Source: Candidatus Omnitrophota bacterium (GTDB taxonomy: Bacteria > Omnitrophota > Gorgyraeia > JABMRG01 > JAFGKX01). From it: a DNA stretch of 10,755 nt. Below are positions 6,856-10,755 of the stretch, in pieces (the stretch's first letter is position 1; each line of letters starts with the position of its first letter). A program made the position numbers and the translations under genes. Below the pieces are notes generated by a model. The model was not told the DNA's origin. It made no database searches and saw only the letters and a program-made list of their open reading frames with translations. The DNA is taken from contig CP070655.1 of the NCBI GenBank assembly GCA_020354945.1, positions 191,442-202,196 on the forward strand. Direction: 5' to 3'.

Positions 6856-8036
6856 TAGGAATGAACAATACAATATTCAGCCTTGGCCTTATTCTTTTAT
6901 TCGGATTTATAGGAGCAAAAATTATACGCGGTATTAGGATACCCGCTATAACCGCTTATCTTTTAGTGGGCATTATTATCGGGCCGTATATGTTAAACTT
7001 AGTTTCTAAAGGAATATTGGGTTCATCAGGCCTGATTTCAAATATTGTTCTTGGTTTTATAGCTTTTAGCATTGGACAGAATTTTCTTATCTCCACATTT
7101 CGTAAAATTGGCAGGCCTGTTTTGTGGATATCTATTTTAGAGGCAGGTGGGGCATGGATTTTAGTAACCCTTGCATTTTTATTTATTTTGAAGCAGCCTT
7201 TCCATATTGCCTTTTTATTTGGCGCTATCTCTTCAGCTACTGCTCCTGCTGCTACTACAATGGTAATAAGAGAATATAAGGCGAAGGGTTCTTTTACAGA
7301 TACCCTTTTGGGGATAGTGGCCATAGATGATGCCTGGTGCCTTATTATATTTGCTATATCTTTGGCTATTTCAAAATCAGTAGTAGCCAGTACAGCGGCA
7401 AGCTTTCTTTTGCCTAAAGTGGTTTTTCATTCGCTATTAGAAATTTTTGGCGCATTTATACTGGGTGGTGTTTTTGCAGTAGCGCTTTCCTATTTTTCTC
7501 GATATACCAGAACTTCCGAAGACCTGCTGATATATACAATAGGCTTTATCCTTTTAAATATCGGCTTATCTATTTATCTCCATCTTTCCGTACTCTTATC
7601 CTGCATGTCTATGGGGGCAGCATTAGTTAATATTAATAGGGTGAGTTTTAAATTTTTCGATACCTTAAGGAGCATAGACTCCCCATTATACCTACTATTT
7701 TTTGTCCTGGCAGGGGCGAATCTAGATATAGGCCTTCTTAAGACATTGGGGCTTTCAGGACTTTTTTATCTTATCTTCCGTAGCTTTGGTAAGATAGGCG
7801 GGGCCTATTTAGGAGGACGTATCTCAACGTCTTCTTACAGGATAAGAAGATATATAGGCCTTGGTTTATTCCCTCAGGCCGGTGTTGCTTTAGGTGTTGC
7901 ACTAATTGCCAAGGCAAACTTTCCTCAAATAGGCGAGATGATATTTTCCACTATTGTAGCCACTACGATTATCTACGAACTTATCGGCCCAAGTTTTACT
8001 AAGTTCGCCCTCCGGAAAGCAGGAGAAATTCTCTAA
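6852..8036 (+). CDS. Cation:proton antiporter (CPA2 / Na+/H+ exchanger family)
   Basis: Highly hydrophobic multi-TM protein with motifs YLLVGIIIGP, SATAPAAT, GIVAIDDAW, FFVLAG, PQAGVALG, ELIGP. ATGA overlap with the CBS gene stop; ATG 6861 is an alternative start. Confidence 0.9.
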   Translation: MIGMNNTIFSLGLILLFGFIGAKIIRGIRIPAITAYLLVGIIIGPYMLNLVSKGILGSSGLISNIVLGFIAFSIGQNFLISTFRKIGRPVLWISILEAGGAWILVTLAFLFILKQPFHIAFLFGAISSATAPAATTMVIREYKAKGSFTDTLLGIVAIDDAWCLIIFAISLAISKSVVASTAASFLLPKVVFHSLLEIFGAFILGGVFAVALSYFSRYTRTSEDLLIYTIGFILLNIGLSIYLHLSVLLSCMSMGAALVNINRVSFKFFDTLRSIDSPLYLLFFVLAGANLDIGLLKTLGLSGLFYLIFRSFGKIGGAYLGGRISTSSYRIRRYIGLGLFPQAGVALGVALIAKANFPQIGEMIFSTIVATTIIYELIGPSFTKFALRKAGEIL

Positions 8037-8042
8037 TAAATA

Positions 8043-9104
8043 ATGCGAAGATTCATTTACTCCTTAATAACTGCGCAAGGCGCAAATAGGTTATTTTATG
8101 TATTATTCAGGCCGTTGTTGCTGGCCTCATCTTTTATATATGTTAATATAGTAAGGCTCATAAGATTCTTTTATAGAATAAATCTGCTAAAGTCTAAAAA
8201 ACCGAAATCAAAAGTCATCAGCGTAGGGAATATTACCTGGGGCGGCACGGGCAAAAGTAGCCTGGTTGCTTTAATAAGCAGATTTTTGGATGCTAAGAAT
8301 AAAAGGCCGGCTATACTTATAAGAGGCTATGGAGAAGACGAGGATAGGATGCTAAAGGAACAACTCAATACCACGGTCTTATCAGGCAGAGACCGTATAA
8401 AAAATGCTAAAAAAGCAGAAGATAAATACAATGCGGATGTTTTAATTCTTGACGACGGATTCCAACATTGGCGCATCAAGCGGGATTTGGATATAGTCTC
8501 AATAAATGCGACCGACCCTTTCGGAAACGGAAATATTATTCCGGCGGGCATATTAAGAGAGCCAATTTCTGCATTAAAGCGGGCAGATATAATAATACTT
8601 ACCAAAGTCAATCTGGCAGATGAAAAAGATATTGCCGGTATAAAAAATATTATTCAGGGCGTTGCGTCGGATGTAGAAATTTTTGAAGCAGAGTATAAGC
8701 CTTTTTTCTTAACCGAAACGAGTAAAAACGAAGAGCGGAGTCTTGACTATATTGCTAATAAGAAGCTATGTGCAGTAGCTGCTATAGGAGACAATAATTC
8801 TTTTTTTAGAATGCTTTCAGACTTGAGCCCTGAAATAACATACAAATTCTCTTTCCCCGACCATCATAAGTATACACAGAGCAATATAAAAGATATTGTT
8901 TCGGCCGCGAAGAAAACAAATTCAGATGCGATTATAACCACGTCCAAAGACTGGATAAGGTTAAAACCCTGCTTCAACAAAAATGTTTGCGATATAGAAA
9001 TTTTGTTGTTAAACATCGCTATCAAAATTAAAAATGAAGGAAGTTTTTTTGATAGCATAGCAAGGTATATACACTTGCCTATGCTATCAAAAAAAGGGTT
9101 TTAG
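8043..9104 (+). CDS. lpxK: Tetraacyldisaccharide (lipid A) 4'-kinase
   Basis: Motifs: VISVGNITWGGTGKS, RGYG, LDDGFQH, PAGILRE, FPDHH, TTSKD. Confidence 0.96.
   Translation: MRRFIYSLITAQGANRLFYVLFRPLLLASSFIYVNIVRLIRFFYRINLLKSKKPKSKVISVGNITWGGTGKSSLVALISRFLDAKNKRPAILIRGYGEDEDRMLKEQLNTTVLSGRDRIKNAKKAEDKYNADVLILDDGFQHWRIKRDLDIVSINATDPFGNGNIIPAGILREPISALKRADIIILTKVNLADEKDIAGIKNIIQGVASDVEIFEAEYKPFFLTETSKNEERSLDYIANKKLCAVAAIGDNNSFFRMLSDLSPEITYKFSFPDHHKYTQSNIKDIVSAAKKTNSDAIITTSKDWIRLKPCFNKNVCDIEILLLNIAIKIKNEGSFFDSIARYIHLPMLSKKGF
9044..9095. repeat. 17-bp perfect inverted repeat within the 3' end of lpxK
   Basis: TTTTTTTGATAGCATAG (9044-9060) is the exact reverse complement of CTATGCTATCAAAAAAA (9079-9095). 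Inner CAAG/CTTG extends the stem. Confidence 0.85.
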
Positions 9105-9197
9105 GGGAAAAGATTGTTTTCCCCTATCGGCGTAAATTTCTTCTATGCGTAAGGAAAAGGAACATTAGGGAAAAACTATCAGGGTTTTTCCCTAAAA
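9099..9197. repeat. Twin related palindromes (TAGGGRAAAA...TTTTYCCCTA) in the lpxK-lpxL gap
   Basis: Perfect stems at 9102-9111/9117-9126 (10 bp) and 9165-9176/9184-9195 (12 bp). The outer ends 9099-9111 and 9185-9197 are also inverted (12/13). Confidence 0.75.
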
Positions 9198-9229
9198 TTA
9201 AACATCCGAACGAAGTGAGGATTTTAATT
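9196..9229 (+). repeat. GA/GAA mini-hairpin covering the SD and start codon of the acyltransferase fusion
   Basis: AATTAAA-c-ATCC-GA-AC-GAA-GT-GA-GGAT-TTTAATT; contains GAGGA (9217-9221) and the first two bases of TTG 9228. Confidence 0.65.
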
Positions 9230-10755
9230 GGCAGAATATCTTCTCTACTTACTGGTTAAGTTCCTGGCCATTCTTTTTCAATTTCTCCCATTTAAACTTA
9301 GTTTATCTATTGGAAGAAAGCTTGGAATGTTAGGCCCATATATAAATCTAAAACGCAAACGTATCGCCTATGCAAACTTAAAAATGGCATTAGGAAACAA
9401 ATATAACCCTTCCCAGCTTAGCAGGATATTAAAGCAAACATATATAAATATAGGACAGTGCATAATAGAAATATTGCTCCTGCCAAAGATAAACAAGGCT
9501 TATGCTGAGAGGAATTTTACTTATGAGGGCTTTGAAATAATAGGCCGGGCTCTTAAAAAGGGTAAAGGTGTAATACTTCTAACTCCCCACCTGGGCAACT
9601 GGGAAATGGCTAATGCGGCTTTGCCGTTTAAAGGATATCCTTATAAAGCGATTGCAAGAAAACAGAAGCCGTTTTTGATAAATCAAATGCTAAACTCATA
9701 TCGGGAATATCACGGATGCAAGGTAATCTCAAAAGGCATGCCAATCAGAGAAATCATAAAGGCCTTAAGGAATAACGAAATTGTCGGAATGCTGGTTGAC
9801 CAGGATGCCGGAAAAGGCGGGATATTTGTCAACTTTTTTAACAGGCCTGCTTCCTGGCATCGAGGCGTTATGGAATTTGCGCTAAGTACCGGCTGTACGG
9901 TATTGCCGGGTTTTATTATCAGGCAAGGTGGAGCAAAGCTTAAATTCCTTGTTTGTGACCCGGTAGTCTTTCCTGAAGGCTTTGCAGAGGAGGAAAAGAT
10001 AAGGTCAGGATTTAGCCAATTTATTTCTAAGCTGCAAGAGATGGTCATAAGATACCCTGATCAATGGCTATGGCAGCACAAAAGGTGGAAATCGTCACCG
10101 CAAAGAAAAGTTTTAATTTTAAATGACGCAAGGACAGGGCACCTGCGGCAATCACAGGCGGTCCTTTTTCAACTAAAAAGCCTTTATCAGGACAAGGGCA
10201 TATCTAAGGATGATATATTAACAGAAATCATAGATGTGAAATTCAAAAATGACATGGCCAAAAATGCGCTTTATTTCAGCAGTCGTTTCTCGACTAAATC
10301 TTGTCAGGGATGTATGAGGTGCCTTAGGTTCTGCCTTAATGAGCAAAATTATAAAAAGTTAATGAGGACATATGCGGATATTATTATATCCTGCGGCAAC
10401 AAGACAGCGGCGGTTAATCTTTTACTTTCTAAAGAATGCAATGCTAAATCTGTAATAATAATGAATCCAGGGCCCTTTTTAGTTAAAAAATTTAATCTTG
10501 CTATTATTCCAAAGCATGATAAGCCTAAAAGACTTAAAAACACCGTTGTTACCGAAGGAGCGCCGAATTTAATCGATAAAAGCCTTATAGAGTATCAGGC
10601 CGATAGCTTAAGATATGAGATCGGCCATATGAGCAAATTTAAAATAGGACTATTATTAGGAGGAGATTATAAATACTTCCACATGCAAGAAGGCATGGTA
10701 TCTACATTGATAGAGCAGATACAAAACTCTGCAAAATATATCGGCGCTGATATAT
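9228..10755 (+). CDS. Lipid A late acyltransferase (LpxL/HtrB family) fused to an ELM1/GtrOC1-like putative glycosyltransferase-fold domain; 3' partial
   Basis: Translated by hand: open from TTG 9228 (in-frame TAA just upstream, SD GAGGA) to the window end, 509 codons. N-domain: membrane anchor, IAYANL, GKGVILLTPHLGNWE, LVDQD, YPDQWLWQHKRWK (ends 10091). C-domain: VLILNDARTGHLRQSQAV, DIIISCG, IIPKHD, GAPN, IGLLLGG. Confidence 0.88.
   Translation, partial: MAEYLLYLLVKFLAILFQFLPFKLSLSIGRKLGMLGPYINLKRKRIAYANLKMALGNKYNPSQLSRILKQTYINIGQCIIEILLLPKINKAYAERNFTYEGFEIIGRALKKGKGVILLTPHLGNWEMANAALPFKGYPYKAIARKQKPFLINQMLNSYREYHGCKVISKGMPIREIIKALRNNEIVGMLVDQDAGKGGIFVNFFNRPASWHRGVMEFALSTGCTVLPGFIIRQGGAKLKFLVCDPVVFPEGFAEEEKIRSGFSQFISKLQEMVIRYPDQWLWQHKRWKSSPQRKVLILNDARTGHLRQSQAVLFQLKSLYQDKGISKDDILTEIIDVKFKNDMAKNALYFSSRFSTKSCQGCMRCLRFCLNEQNYKKLMRTYADIIISCGNKTAAVNLLLSKECNAKSVIIMNPGPFLVKKFNLAIIPKHDKPKRLKNTVVTEGAPNLIDKSLIEYQADSLRYEIGHMSKFKIGLLLGGDYKYFHMQEGMVSTLIEQIQNSAKYIGADI

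Noticed and set aside
9102-9195. Rho-independent terminators after lpxK
   Set aside because: Neither stem is followed by a U-tract on the + strand, and the downstream gene is co-oriented and functionally linked. A weak minus-strand terminator is not excluded.
72-10543. The remaining short minus-strand ORFs in the track
   Set aside because: They are antisense shadows of well-supported + strand genes with no motifs of their own.

Overview
AT-rich bacterial core-genome region, with all recognisable genes on the + strand: aroK - dprA - topA - xerC - waaA(kdtA) - CBS-pair protein - CPA2 cation/H+ antiporter - lpxK - a lipid A late acyltransferase (LpxL/HtrB family) fused to an ELM1/GtrOC1-like domain. 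That last gene is missing from the ORF track because it runs off the window. The gene set and fusion suggest a diderm of the PVC group, possibly Omnitrophota (inference only). The unusual part is not the genes but a dense set of small palindromic elements. Three sit in-frame inside dprA, topA and waaA, one overlaps the lpxK C-terminus, and others fill the xerC-waaA and lpxK-lpxL junctions. Four of them share a strand-specific design of stems interrupted by tandem GA/GA mismatches and/or closed by GAA triloops, which suggests mini-elements that fold as single-stranded DNA. No transposase, RNA gene or CRISPR array was seen. All alignments and pairings were done by eye.
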